From Tubulanus polymorphus (taxonomy: Eukaryota > Animalia > Nemertea): DNA of 64,000 nucleotides. This document shows positions 39,009 through 53,565 of this stretch, in pieces (position 1 is the first letter of the stretch; every line of letters begins with the position of its first letter). Made by a program: the position numbers and the translations under genes. The notes beneath the pieces were generated by a model. It searched no databases. It was not told where the DNA came from and worked only from the letters and a program-made list of their open reading frames with translations. The stretch is taken from NCBI RefSeq assembly GCF_964204645.1, contig NC_134036.1, positions 6,044,600 to 6,108,599 on the forward strand, in the 5' to 3' direction.

Positions 39009-42000
39009 TTATCTATTTTTACGGTGTTGCCTGCGTTTAGTTTTTGCTCGAATGGATTTCATATCGATAGTCAGTATTGTGTAAAGGAGGGGATTGAGGG
39101 ACGAGTTGATCGGTAAGAAAAGAACCGCCAGCCAAGCCGCCACCTGATTCGGTATTTCTACCCGTAATACCGCGCAAAACTGAACGCTTATTAACGGCAG
39201 CCAGCAAAGTAAATTACACAGATTTATCACCAAACTCCTGCGCGCTAAAACTAGTTCTGTAGGGTCAATTCTACCCGAACCGGACCTACTTCCAGATACG
39301 AGTCGGTACATTTGCGCATAAGTGGCCATTATCGTAGAAAGAATGAAGAAGTTGGTTAATGAAAAAATAGCGAATGAATATTGCCAGGCGTTGACATCAA
39401 TTGAAACCAAATTCATAGGTAAACAAACTCCGGTAGTGCCGTAGAAATTGTCTCCAAAGTAAGAGATGGGTGTAAGAGGTAGCATTGCAATAACACACAA
39501 AACAATCCAACATGCGCAACAAATGATACACGCATATCTCGGAGATGTAATTGGGTTATCAGAGAATGGGTCTACGATATTTGAGAATCTATGACGTGTC
39601 ATGATTAGTAAAAATATCAATGAACCTTCGCAAGAAATAGTGACCACGACTCCAGCAAGACGACAAATCAAACTGTCCGTCCATGCTTCCGAATTGAGAA
39701 AGTAAATACCTTTGTAGATATAATCAGCTCCAGCGATCAGAAACAAATATATAGACATCATAAAATCACACAGAGCAACATTAATGATGATGATGTCTGA
39801 AAATGGATTCGAGGAAGAGAATCGAATCGCTCGAATGCGAATAGAAATGACGATTCCATTAGCGATGAAACTGAATGTAGCGATCACCCAAATGATAGCT
39901 CTGAGGACTGTGTTACCCATCAGATCAGAACAAGAGGAAAATTGATCAGCTTCGGGAAGGCACCGGTCAACATTCGGAGCCATGCAGCAAAATTTGTAAG
40001 CGTCTGACTTCAGTGAGAATAATGATGTTAGATTGTCAAAAACATGTCTGGGGACGGAAATAATTTTGTTATTATTGGTTATATCAAGAATTTTGAGTGA
40101 CGTTAATCCAGAAAATGCGTCACTTGAAATGTGATAGATTTTGTTACCACTGATATTCAACGACTGTAATGTAGATAAACCCACAAACGCGCGTTCAGAA
40201 AGCATCAATATAAAAAGTTCTTGAATATCAAGAATTCGGAGTGATCTCAATCCCGAAAAACTGCTTTCCTGCAAATAGTGAATCGGATTTTTAGTTACGA
40301 ATAACTCCTTCAAACTATACAAACCAGTGAATGTATTTGTTGATAATGATGTTATGTTGTTGTATGTAAGGTCTAATGTATGTAGATTATGCTGGTTTGA
40401 GAACGAATTCGGTAAAATATAAGACAATTCATTGAAGGAGATGTTGAGCATTCGAAGATAAACATACGGAGATAGTGTGAACACATCCAAGATGATTCGG
40501 TTGTTCGACAATATCAAAACTCGGGTTGATGCCGAGAACAGTCCGGTAATATTTGTTAAACCATTATTTCCACAATCAATCAAATGACCCTGAGATATAC
40601 ACAATCTTGGACACGTGACGTTACAGAAGGCCTCGTCATCAGTTGTATGTTTACAATGTACAACATCGTCACAAACTTCAGATTGTGGAATACATCGATT
40701 TTCCTGACCACATTTAAACATTCCTGGGCATGAAAATATATCGCAGTTTTGTTCATCTTCTGAATTAGGACAATCTGATTGACCATCGCACACCTGTCTG
40801 ATCGGTATACAGTACGATGCTGGGCATTTAACAGTACCAGCAGGACATTCAAATTCTTCACATCTCAACACGTGCTCGAGATTTCTACAAACCGGGTAAC
40901 CATTTATCATTCTCTCTAGAATACATCTGTGACGTCTCGAATAACAATGAGGAGAATTGAAAGAACATCTTTGTTCATCAGATTCCGTACAGAGATTTGT
41001 GAAGTTAGTCGTACAGTGGTTGCCATTATTGCACTGAACCGTAGGATTCACTGTAATATTAATATTTGTTACTAGTTCATCTTCTTCGAGGCTCACACTG
41101 CAATCTACGACACCATCCTGATACAACTGAGAACTGATGCAATCTCCACTGTTACACAGGAACCCCAGGCACAGTTGAGCGGTGCATCCTATTTCGTCGG
41201 AGCCGTCTTCACAATCAGTGACACCATTGCATCTGTCAGAACTGCTGATACATTGACCACTTTGGCAGCGAAATTGTTCTGATAAACACGGGGTATAAAA
41301 ACACGAGTTCTCATCAGAGCCATCCACACAATCCTGTATGAAATCACAGAAACCACTCATTGATATGACCTGACCATCATTGCATTCAAACTGACTATGT
41401 AAATTAATATTCGTACAATTAAGTTCATCTTCACCGTTTTGACAGTCGTGTCTGGTATCACATACGCGATGGTCGCTGATACATCTTTGATCGTTACATT
41501 TAAACTGCCACGATCTACAACCGCTTATAGAAGCTAACTCTTCGTCAGTTACATTGTATGAACACAAAACAGAATGCGCAGTATCTGTCGCATTATCAAA
41601 CTGTTTCATCGCCCATTTAACTGATTGAATATAAGTTATTTCATCTCTAGTGATTATTGGGTTTATAACTTGCAGTTTGTCATTAGAAGTCACCATTAGT
41701 ATTGAGCTATATTGATATTTAAAGTGAAATGCTCTTATCAAGTTCATCGTGTCGTTTTCGGTGTAACCGGTTATCACAGTGCCTATTACACCTCGTATGC
41801 CACGACACATCTCTGTTGCAGTTTCCATATCTAAACCTCGATGTCTGTTCCAATCCGTCAGTATTTGATAGCATTGTCTATCCATGCTTACCCATCCAAC
41901 CGTGCAGAAAGGTTTGTCCCGTATCAAGAATGTGTCGTTGTTTGTTGAATTCATCGTTCTCAGTGTTTTATTTTCGGAATCATTTCTTTCCGTTTCGCAA

Positions 42001-44967
42001 ATGAAACTCGTGTGAACCTCTTCGATTCCGCAGGGGAATCGAACCCAGTTCGCTGATCCGCGTGGATTATTCAGTATCATCGCCGTACACGGCATATTGA
42101 CGTCATTTATCGGTTGTTTTCGTAGAGGAGATATCAATCCTTGAATAACTTCTGGTATCGTGTCGTTATTTGTAGGTTTATACCACTCTGTGTAGCTCAA
42201 TGGTTTCCCGTCAGACCACGTGTAAGAACTAGATCTAGCCTGGAAATTTAAGTGGCATATATATTATTATATGTACATCATATATATCATTACATGTAAT
42301 CTGTTGCCATTAGTAGTTTTTAACGAGCACATCTTAAAATCTACCTGCAGTTTTAATCCAACCATCATTACGAGCGCTTTCAGCGAGTATGCTTTACGAA
42401 GAAGTTCCGTGGCAAATAATGTCTTAATAGAAATCATTTCCTGTTCTGAGTTGATACTGAGTAGATGTCCCGCGTACTTCTGTCTACAGTACAATTCAGC
42501 ATTCTCCCAATTCAGACGTTTATCTCTGATGTATTTCACGCATGAAATTCCCGAATCTAGAAATCCTGATTTACAGACATTTTCAAACTGTTTTATCGGT
42601 AACGACTGTTCTAATATGTATTGTATTCGAAATGTCGGTACGCGACCTTGTACCTCTATTTTCAAGTCCATATGACTAAGACTATAAAAAACCTGTCCTG
42701 GTATCGCGAAATTGTTACATATTTTACTGCTGTGCTCCTGCGATTGGTCGGGGCCTACAGTGATGAAACGTTTGACCACGATAGGGTTGTAGTCAGAATC
42801 TTTTCTAATCGCACACGGTATCTTTGCGATATATTTTATTATGAATCTGAAGTATAGTATTTTGAATCTGATATATAGCATTATATACCTATCTCGGATA
42901 TATATTTTATATGCCAATAGTTCATTGGTTCTACCCGCAAATCCTGGGTACATTGGTGACTGAATAATTCCACACGTTACCGCGACGTTACTTTGTCTTT
43001 CCCTTATTTTCAACAACCGTTGACATTTACTCCGTAGTTCAACTAGCAATGGAAAGGTAATGAATGCTTGATCATAAGATACACGGACAGTGTTTAACAC
43101 AAGACCGCTATTAAGGAACTGGCTATTCAACCGCGTGTGACAGTGTCTGTATGGAATGTGATCCTGAAAACATCGGTCAACTTGATATTCATGCTTCGAT
43201 AATATGATAATGTATCTTAGAGAAAGGCGTCGGTTTTCGGGTGTAATCACGAGACAGTGAGACGTCATATTGATTTGACGTTCTCCTTCCTTTAAAACGT
43301 ACCCGTAACAGTCGGTAGGACGAAATCTGAGATATGAATAATAACTATCGACTGTTAACCAACCGTCCCAGCTATAAGCGTATCCTACTACGGTGACCGA
43401 TCCACCTGATGTAATCAGACTGACAACTGATCGACTAAAGTCATTGCCGGGACAATACGGACCGTAGCGTCTAGCCGTGAAATTACCACCGTCGTATATG
43501 TAAAATCCTGCTCGCTCGCAGTTCTCTGATAAAACTGTTAGTTCCATCTTCTCTTCATAGATAGCGACTCTTAATCCAAACACTTTTCTAGTGACGCGAT
43601 ATCTCATCGAGTTCTTCTCTGGAGTTGGGAACAGTGATTGTGATGTCATTTCCTTAGATTCCTGGACATAAATGAGTTATCATTAACTTCTTGAAACTAT
43701 TATCTGTTTATTATTATATAGTGATACATAGTAACCTTATATAAAATGTGTGACTCACCCAACCTTTGTAGACCTCCATATCTTCTATCGAAATTGATTC
43801 AACTTTGTACGCTATTTCAAACGTCACATCGTCGTGAAGTGTTGCTTTCAAAACGCACAGTACGACGAGAAAGCCGTCAGATTTGACACTCAGTGATTCC
43901 AGGTAGTTGTAACTGAGTAAAACATCAGTTCCTACTACGCGTAACCCTTCTAGTTTATATACACCGATGACGCCACCGGATGTGCTGAGATCACGTGTCC
44001 AGTTGAAGACGACGTACTGTAACACCTGCACTGTGATAGACCAGCAGTGTAAGTGTTTTGATCGAGTTATTACGTGTAAACTGTTGTCATCGGGAATGAG
44101 CACTCCCGACTCGTTATTAGAGATCTGAATCAACGGATTAGAGACGTTCCAATCAGATATTTTATAAAGTTGAACCACAAGCTGTGATTTGATTAGAATT
44201 TTATAGGATACTAAAGTAGCCTTGTTCGTTTTAGTATAAAATGAGGATGGTGGATGTCCGGATTGTTGGCGTATAAGACCTATCGGTTCACTGCTGGAGT
44301 TCCATCCGTCGTGAATTTTAAATGGTGTCTTGACGTAATACCGTGATTTGATATTGATGAGGGTTAGATTCATTCCTAAACCGTCTGGCATTCCTATCCA
44401 TTCAAGAAACATTGTACAAAAACGAATAAATAAATTGAATTTGTATCCCATTGGTGTTTTTAATTCATTCACGTTGAGAAATGAGTTTCCACAGTTGCCG
44501 CTGATTCTCAATCGGCTTCGTCCATAACGATACATGATATAAACCCGACTTCCTCGCGCACCATCGATGCGGCTCTTAAACATCAACAAGATCGAATCTT
44601 TGCGGCGGATTTCATGTTTTCCGTTACTGCAGAATCTGATATCAGCCTCATAGACGAGAAGGTAGTTATCACTACAGAATATTGACGGCTCGATGTCGTA
44701 GTAAAATTGGACGAGAAAAGTTCCCGGTAAAGAGCTGTTGATGAACAAACGACATTCAACACCGCGCGATAACGACGGGTAATTCGGTGAAACGATGTAA
44801 CCGGACGTAGAATCTAGCGGGTACCACGTGTTGTTACAAGACGAACTTACCGTCACAGACGATTCCTCGATAGAGTCTGCGCGATCAGCGCGCGCGATGC
44901 GAACTTGACAGACGATCAGCGACGCTACAAACAGCGCTCTCAGTCGCTGCTCCATACCGAACAACAT
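39009..44967 (-). CDS. R3: GRL101-like CUB-CTLD-LDLa-LRR-7TM GPCR (~1918 aa)
   Basis: Exons 44967-43759, 43661-42345, 42239-39009; phase-0 GT-AG introns of 97 and 105 nt; same domain motifs as R1; open throughout. Confidence 0.92.
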
Positions 44968-45365
44968 AACTGCGACAGAATGAACGAAATTCGTCAAGTG
45001 ACAGAGAATCTGTCATTGGTCGGATGACGATCCAATTACATCCAATCAGAAAATTCGCTCGCCGAGTCGAAAATGCTTCTAGTATTTTCATTAAAAATAC
45101 GTACGTTGCAAATTCAACTCACGAAAATATAATAATGCAATATGATATAGAAAATTCACGAGATTTTAGTGATTCTAGTTTTAGTTTGTTAACTGACTGC
45201 AATATGTTATAAGTCCATATAATTCATTGATTAAACCTCGAACACTTTAACAAGCCGAGTTTTATCCGCGCAGAAATATTCCGATCCAAATTTCCGATGT
45301 AATGAATATGTTTGCATCAAATGTATAGACAATTTCGTTTATCTCTTTCTTCGACATATGGATCG

Positions 45366-45527
45366 TCACGGGTCTAGCGGGTACCACGTGTTGTTACAAG
45401 ACGAACTTACCGTCACAGACGATTCCTCGATAGAGGCTGCGCGATCAGCGCGCGCGATGCGAACTTGACGGACGATCAGCGACGCTATAAACAGCGCTCT
45501 CAGCCGCTGCTCCATACCGAACATCGT
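45366..45527 (-). pseudogene. Truncated receptor 5' stub (signal peptide to WYPLDP*) with its upstream region
   Basis: Nearly identical to the receptor exon 1 start; homology stops abruptly at ~45369. Its upstream sequence (45540-46040) matches the R2 upstream region. Confidence 0.85.
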
Positions 45528-46237
45528 CACTGCGACGAAATGAACGAAATTCGTCAAGTTTCACAGACTCGTTTATTGGTCGGATCATAATCCAGTCAGA
45601 AAATTCGTTCCACCGACTGGAATATTTCTTAATACAGTTTTAGTAGAAATGCGCTCACTACAAATTCAACCAACGGATAAAAAATAAACCAACGGCATAC
45701 AGAATTTCATGTTTCTATTTTCGCAATTATTCTAGGTGTGATTCGTTCCAATATTATATTTCTCATTTCTATTTGAGTTGTGTTTGTTAAGTTATTATAC
45801 CCCCATACTCCCAGAACACCGATGCCCAGTTTAATAGACTCAAACTTTAACCCGGGGGCTAACTCAATTGAAAATGAATAAAGTTAGCCCTAAAGATGAT
45901 ACCAGTCTATAAAACCCGGCCGGGAATTTTACCCGAGCAGAAGAAAAAAACCTTCTCATCCGGTTTATCGATTCCGTAGACCTTCAACCAAAAATATATG
46001 GATAAAGTCTTACTGTATTTCTTCATATGGATCACGAACGTTGTGTATATTCTCAAAACTCATCCATGATATTTGATTAAGAATGATTTTTATCTTAATT
46101 CAAATCCTAAGCAATTTTGAGTCTAGAATTGCGTATACTGGAACGTATTTTTTTCCATGAAAAAACCAGTCGATATCAAGACCGCTGTTAATTTGATTAA
46201 TATACAGATTAAACGTGAATAAAACTCAATCTCATTG

Positions 46238-47174
46238 GTCACTCACAGATATGGGTTTACTCAAAAATACATTATTTTTGGTTTACTATATAACAAATGG
46301 GCAGTTCATAAGCTGCAGTTAAGATTTTTCAGGTTCCTAATGGGGCTTCATTCTAAGGTTACTATTTATCCTATTTTTAGTGATTTAGGAGAGGTTCCAT
46401 TCATATCGATATTACTATTTCAGCTTTGAAGTACTGGATATCAGTTAGGTCGTCGAATAATAGCGCATCATTGATGTACTTGTCCTTTTTAGAACAATAT
46501 AAAGATGCCAGGGAGGGCAATTTCAATTATGTATCTACTGTTAAATCAGTTCCATCAAATTTAGGGTACTCAAATGTTTGGAACAATTTGGATCATTATT
46601 CAAATAGCATTATTTTGGTTATTAGAAAGCGTCTGATAATTATATTTGTGGATCTCTGGCAAATATTTATTCGTACTAAAAGATTTTAACCTCAGAAATG
46701 CTGTTGCTAAATTACGGACGTCTACCCACAGCTACTAATTAAAAAAAGATAGACACCGCGGTATAGAAAAGGAAAAACGTTTGTGCGATATCTGTTATGT
46801 GTTAGACGATGAATGTCACTTTTTGTTCCATTGTAAAAGGATCGCTAATCCAAGAAAGGAATTAAATATATCTATCCTAGACGTATAAGTTTAATCTCCA
46901 CTTTCGACAACATAAATCCAACACCCAGTTAGTTGTTCAGATAGCCAAATTCATTAAACTCGGTTTGCCATTGTCCTAATATTTCTTCGATTAATGTTTT
47001 TTTCTTTATATTTTCAATTATGTTTTTCTTCATCTGTAATTAATGTTAATTATGCCTCATTTTATTGCTTGTTTAACTCATATTATGTATACACTTGATT
47101 TTACCGAAACTGTATCAGTTGAAAACAATGGGTTTTTTAAAATGTTTATGCTGAATAAAGGGTGAATTGAATTG
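46238..47174 (+). mobile_element. Degraded 3' fragment of a non-LTR retrotransposon (LINE)
   Basis: Absent from copy 1. Remnant translations KLQLRFFRFLMGLHSKVT..SDLGEVP and RLCDICYVLDDECHFLFHC resemble the post-RT and CCHC region of LINE ORF2. Ends AATAAA..(TGAAT)n. Confidence 0.7.
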
Positions 47175-49024
47175 AACACGAATCTCTATTATGAGGCTCA
47201 TCGAGTCTCGGTAGAACCTGATCTGACTTGAGATTTGGATTTAAAAATCTAACGTATACATTTTGTTTATCATGCGTGTAACGAATTCGCACGAAGTGTC
47301 GCGTATTCTGGGCTTAATCCCTTTTGTCTCGTGATAATTTCTTCTAATAAACTAATGTTCGTTATCTGAGCAGTCCGCAAACATCGATGCCGAATTGTAA
47401 AATTCGAAATTCGGACAGAATTCACGACAGATTAAAGGCTTGGCGTTAAAAACATATATTAGTTCAGCATAGTTGGGTGTTTTTAGGCAATCTTATACCT
47501 TACTATGTGATAGAAGTAACGATTTCTCATCGAAAAAGTCTGAACTTTGCACTGGGCCAAGTTGCACTGTCGTGACCGAAGTCCAAAAGTGGTCTTAAAT
47601 CATAAGACTGGTCTTTAGCCGTTAGATCGGGTATATAATGAAGTTGGTCTAAGATTAGTCTTAAATCTAAGGCATGACTGGATTCAAACGACATTGTGGA
47701 GTAAGATAGATTAGAAGATTAGAGCTGAACAAATGCATTCGTATTTGCAAAATCTTGCCTATATCAGCATTTCTGAAATTCTAGAATTTCTCGAGAGTGA
47801 TGCTGAACAGATATTACAGCAAGGCGTATATATGTAAAACGCCTCGAGGCAGTTACTGTAAAAACGGTCTAAACTTTGTGTGCACGACAGCGGTTTTCAG
47901 TATGTATCATGTATCCGTCTAGATCAAATATATCCCCGAGGATTTCGATTTGCTAGAAAACCAGCGAATAATTCAGATACAAATCACAATAACATTAAGA
48001 CCTAACTAACGCACGCTGGAATTAAACCGTTTTTGCAAAATTAATTGCTAATTGATATGGTTGGACGCTATTGAAATATGTACATGTTCCGTCTAGTTAT
48101 TTCTGGCTTAGTGGCGGTTGCCGAGTGCTGCCTGCTGTTTAGTGAGCAAAACGGTTCCGATAAAATATCTGAAATTTATCCCGGTATTGTGAGTACGTAG
48201 ATGCCGCAAAGTATTGTAATAAGTTGGTCCAATCATTTTCCAAATCAGGGCCTAAAACGACGCAATGCAATGTGAAAAGCGCAAAACAACGCAATGTTAA
48301 ATTTACTAAAATATGAGAAATATTTCTGGTAGTTTCTACCACCCTAGTATTTTGATAGTTTTTCATTGCAATATGTCATATCGATGATATTGTTTGATTG
48401 GGATCTACATAAACTATTTCTGATTCGGAATAGCCGTCATTCGTGATAATATGCTAGAATTAACCGAAAAAGATACGAATGTGGAATAAGCACGGTGTCT
48501 GATATTGATTGTCATTATAATGCAATCAAATCATGCTTACGTTGAGCATTTGACGCGGTAAGAATTGTAGGTTTAGAGCGCTGCGATTCGTATAGCGAGT
48601 GTAAGGCACGTGGATTGCGTTTACACAGAGGACAGCGTGCGCGCGGCAGCGAAATTTGGCGAAAACTTTCTTGTGAAAATATATCGTCGAAGTAACGATT
48701 TAAAGGAAGAACTAGAAATGACCATGAATGCGTTGCAAGCCGCGGACGAAACGGCGTATCCTATTGATCTGACATTTTCTAACTTCGAATCATAAACAGT
48801 AAACAAGCCAATCATTGATTAATTTACTCGCACTTTTATTGAATCTAATTATGACACGGAGTTTGACGTCGGAGTTACAAATATCAATTCAATTCGAGTT
48901 AAGCTTTTTCTCAACATGCAAAACCTTTTAGGTAACCTGCCGACTGTGGTTTAGTTTCATAATGGGATATTACCCGAACAACCGCAAATTCATATCCCAT
49001 TATAGGCCCTTATCGCCATAACGA

Positions 49025-49931
49025 TTAGCTACAAAATCCGGCTATGCATTTTTTGTCGCAACAGTCAGAGCTATAGTAACAACTATCTGTTTTTTTCATG
49101 CAACGTCGAGAAAGTACGAAATTGAAAATGGAATTTTGAAGTGAAATAAGCTTTTCTTACTTAAGTGAATGTATGATTCCGAACCCAGAGCATATATAGA
49201 ACCGGTAATGATCCCGACGATTGGGATCTTAGAAGCCACTCATTGTTGTCGATCATTTAGACGAACGAATGTATTTAAGAGTTGCATGTTCGTAAGATCA
49301 ATATTTCAGGTCAGTTGAATGAACTACTTGCAAAACCAGCTATCCCGCCAGATGGCGTGATGAGCAGTAGATCGTTCGTTGTCAAAATTAGTTCATTTTC
49401 GATTCACTTTGAAATGGATTGTAAGACTCCCGAATCCATGTATTATCACAGGACTCGACAAATATGAAATACTTTCATTCTTATTATTAGATTTGGAGAT
49501 TATCTTCATAAATAATTGATTCATTTAAGTGAAGAAATCATTCAGATTTAATTGATTTGAAGAAGAAAATTGAACGCGACAAACTATCTACTAGCGAACC
49601 TAACGCATCCTCGCCTGCCATATGCGGAAACCTCGATTACCACATTAGCACACTACGGCTACCCCATTGATTCTAATCAGTATATGAGCATGTAATATTA
49701 TCTATGAGATCTAATTCGTTGAATTAATTCGTTCGATAATCATCTACTTAATCGATAAATAACTACTAAATGTGAACTGATAATTACAAATTTTAATCAA
49801 TGCGTATTATTCGTGGAATCGTACGAAATCGTGTATTGTATTCCCGGTTACTTACGTGCGTCTACAATGGCCACGGCACTGACGACAATCACAGCAACAG
49901 CACACATTCGAGTCATTAAATGAGCCAGCAT
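49025..49931 (-). pseudogene. Knottin B2: ICK-type peptide gene with a deleted splice acceptor
   Basis: Signal exon 49931-49856 with intact GTAAGT. A 6-nt deletion at ~49110 removes CAG|GGA. Remaining exon RR-CMKKTDSCYYSSDCCDKKCIAGFCS*. Confidence 0.8.
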
Positions 49932-51369
49932 TTTCGCGCCTAGAATTTTACTAAAATATTTGAAGCCATGGAAATTACAATATCCGTGATAAGACGATGA
50001 GCAAAAATCCCACAATGAATCAAAAAAGTTTATTTCAAAATTATAAATATTCCGGGTGATTGCCACCACCATCTTCAGTCTAAAAAAATAATTTAAAAAT
50101 TACCACTCGAAATATTTCTAATTTCAAATAAGCTTTTTAGATTTATTCATATATTGTGGGATTTTAACTCATGAATGATATCTATTAGCAATCACAAATT
50201 CTGATTATGCAAAAACTTTCAACGGGCTCTCAGTTAATGAACATTTTGTCAGGTAATGTACCAGGTTTAGATATATGCAGCTCTCTGCATATAACGTGTT
50301 TTCTGTATTTCTGGTTTGAATGCTGTTCCATAAGTTCATTCTTTTTTAATCTATTGTATCGTATCGTCCTTGCAATCAAAAGGAAAGTACGTTGAAGCCC
50401 AAATTTATAGGGTGCATATATAAATGAAGGTTCCAGCGAGAAACATCAAACTAAAAGGTAAAGAGGAAATCTCGCTGATATCCGTAACCGTTTGTTCACA
50501 TAGAATAATCGCGGCTCGTTGTCGAAAATTCAAATGAAAAGCGTAATTGAAATGATAAAGAGCTGAATTTCTGATAAGGCATCGCATTGACTGGAAGGAG
50601 AACGGTGTTTTCACTCTCCGCATCCTCGTTTAGACCCTATCTTAACCCAAATACCATCCGAGCGAAATTGACAAAATCAGGACTCGCCATAGTTTAGACA
50701 AGCGTCGCTAGAATCTATTCTTTTTATGAAATTGACGAAATAATTAATCTGCGTTTTTATGTATTTTGTTTAATTCTATTTCTTATTTCAACATTTGATC
50801 GTGAAAAATATAGATTTGAATTACCGGTATTTTATCGACGGACCTACCTCAGTCGCTTGTTCTGACGTATTCAACTTTTCGAATCGAAAATGTCTCGTTT
50901 TCCCGAGCTAGCACAGTCGACGAATGAATAAAACACATCGCGCGTAAAATAGTATACGTGTTGAAATAGAAATCGAAATTATACAGATATACTACACACA
51001 GCTCGATATAGATTGAAACTCGCGTCGATGTGTTTGTTCAATCGATACGCACCCGGCTCTTCAAAATCGATCCACGCGCATCACCATCTGACTTCACAAT
51101 GATCCATGAGTATAATGTTTCGAACTTACGGGATATCATTATGTATATTTAAATCAGCTGTCGCCTTTCATAATTTATGAATATCAATTTTTCATATGCT
51201 GTTTGAGTATTTTCGCTCATGTCCGGTGAATACCTACACAGAACGCATCATTCTGACTAGAAACAGGTCTTAAATTGCGATTGAAAGTGACTATTGAATC
51301 CGATCGATATTTTTGATTGGAGGTTTCCTACGCGTGTTTTGTCGACCACTATGTGCGGTCCCGACTACC

Positions 51370-51674
51370 GTCCTCCCCAGGTAGGGATTCGAACCTGATG
51401 GCGTCGCTACACTCGGCCACGGCACGAACCCCTGCCACAATAGACCGAATGCGGCACCGATCAGATTGTTCGTTGTATAATCACTAAAGCAAAGTTCACG
51501 GAAGAACTATCGATCGGAAAACCCGGACTAAATTGGATAAAACGGGTTTTCTAATTGGCTAATATTGTAATCATCTAAGCTTCGTGTGCATCTGTACACT
51601 CGGTCTAGTGTGGCAGGGTTTCGTACCGCGGCAATCTCGATGCCGTCATGTTCGAATCCCTGCTGGGGGAGGAT
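51370..51674. mobile_element. Second copy of the tRNA-like inverted element
   Basis: Duplicate of 32759-33063. Confidence 0.55.
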
Positions 51675-52059
51675 GCTGACTGCCGAGTAACTATCTTAGA
51701 CCTCAGTAATGACATCATGTGCAAATACATCGTGTACAGTGGTCACGCTATTGCGTCATATTGACCGTCATCTGGTCATAGATGACTAATTTCGCCCGAG
51801 TGTACTGGTCTGCAAAGTCTTGGAGAAATGATTCTGCCTGAATGAGATCCGTCTTGTTAACTTCTCCGGTGTATATAGTTGAAAGAACTGCTAAAACTGA
51901 ATCGTTTGCTTTTATTTGATTAACTGATTTGCATATATTTGCATATATCATATATTCATCATAGTCAGTCAGTAACCTGACTGTGATTTAGTTTTATAAT
52001 CGCATATTTCCCAAAACCACCGCGAGTAATCCGATTGTAAACCCAATTATCACCAACGA

Positions 52060-52777
52060 TTAGCAACACCTTGCCTGGTTACATTTGCCGCTGCAACACT
52101 CAGCATCGTGGGCGCAAAGTCCCAAGTTTGTGCAACCTATATTTTATAATAGAAACAATAAATTCAAATAGAATTTTGATGTGAAACAGAGCTCTTACTT
52201 AAAAGCGAAGAAATAATTGACTCGCTATCGTTCGAGTCTATACGTTCATTCGTTAAACAAATACTCAATGTTAACTGATGAATGCAAATTTGTGTATTTT
52301 ATGCAAGACATCCAATGGCATTCTTATCATTTGTCCAGTCGTTACTCACCCGCAGCGATAGATCTAAATCTCGAAGTACATAGAATATAAACAGGTGGTT
52401 TGCAGGCCCGTGTCGAGCTTTTCTGAGGGGCACGTCTATTTCAAGAAAAACGTTTTTCCCTGCAAAGTGCCACTTAACAGTTAAAAAGGACAAAAAACGC
52501 TTTTCATCTTCCAAAAAAAAACACTTGAAAATTGTATCAAAAATTTGCAAAATCTTGACCCAAATTGTTTTTACACTGACTTTGAAGAGCACTTTGAAAA
52601 TTAAAGGGGGTTCGTTCGCTTCCCTCGGACCCTAAACCAAATTAAGTAAATGAAAGAAGTGACAGGAAGGATAAGCCTACACTGTTCCTACTGATCCCTT
52701 ACCTTAATTTCTTCCCATTCTTAAAAAACCCAAGAAACATCCTCCCAACGACTCGCATAATTAGTAGACATTTGCAT
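52060..52777 (-). pseudogene. Knottin C2 (duplicate of C1)
   Basis: Exon 52136-52060 is identical to C1; the signal exon is disrupted in the same way. Confidence 0.6.
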
Positions 52778-53313
52778 CTCATTAGTTGAGACTAACGTTT
52801 GCCGAAAATCTAACTTAATATGATGAGAAAGATGAAATTTTACTTCTGTCGTCTTTCTGATGTGATATATGCTGCATGTTAAAGTGTATATCGCTTTATC
52901 GATGGACAATCAACGGCCGATTACGAATGATGTGGATTTGAGTATTTCTTGAGCATAAGAGCTTTTCTTACCTTAGTCGCTTCGTTCAACGTAGCTTTTT
53001 CAACGTTCGAATAGAGAATATCTCGTTTTCTCGAGTCAGGGTCCGTCGACGAATGAATATAACACATAGGATGAAGCGATCATTTATACGTTCTTAAGAC
53101 ATATTCAAAAAAATTCCAACATTTGCACAGCTTAATATTAGTTACCCCACTAATGTTTGATGATTCTTGCAAGCTGAATCGATGCGAAACCGAAAACTTT
53201 CAAAATCGATTCTCGCTCATCACTATTTTCTCACACAAACCATGCGTATATTTCTTTTTGTCATTTGGTCTCGCGGGAAATAATTCTTTTCATATATTAA
53301 CCTGTCATATGTA

Positions 53314-53565
53314 GCCAGCATCACCATCATCGCCTTCATTGTCACCACCACCTTCTCCAGCATCACCATCATCACCTTCTCCAGCATCACCATCATCGCC
53401 TTCATTGTCACCACCACCTTCTCCAGCATCACCATCATCACCTTCTCCAGCATCACCATCATCGCCTTCATTGTCACCACCACATTCTCCAGCATCACCA
53501 TCATCACCTTCTCCAGCATCACAACCGCAATCATCACATCGACTTCCCCAGCATCACCATCATCA
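53314..53565. repeat. CAT/CAC-rich minisatellite, copy 2
   Basis: Direct. Confidence 0.85.
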
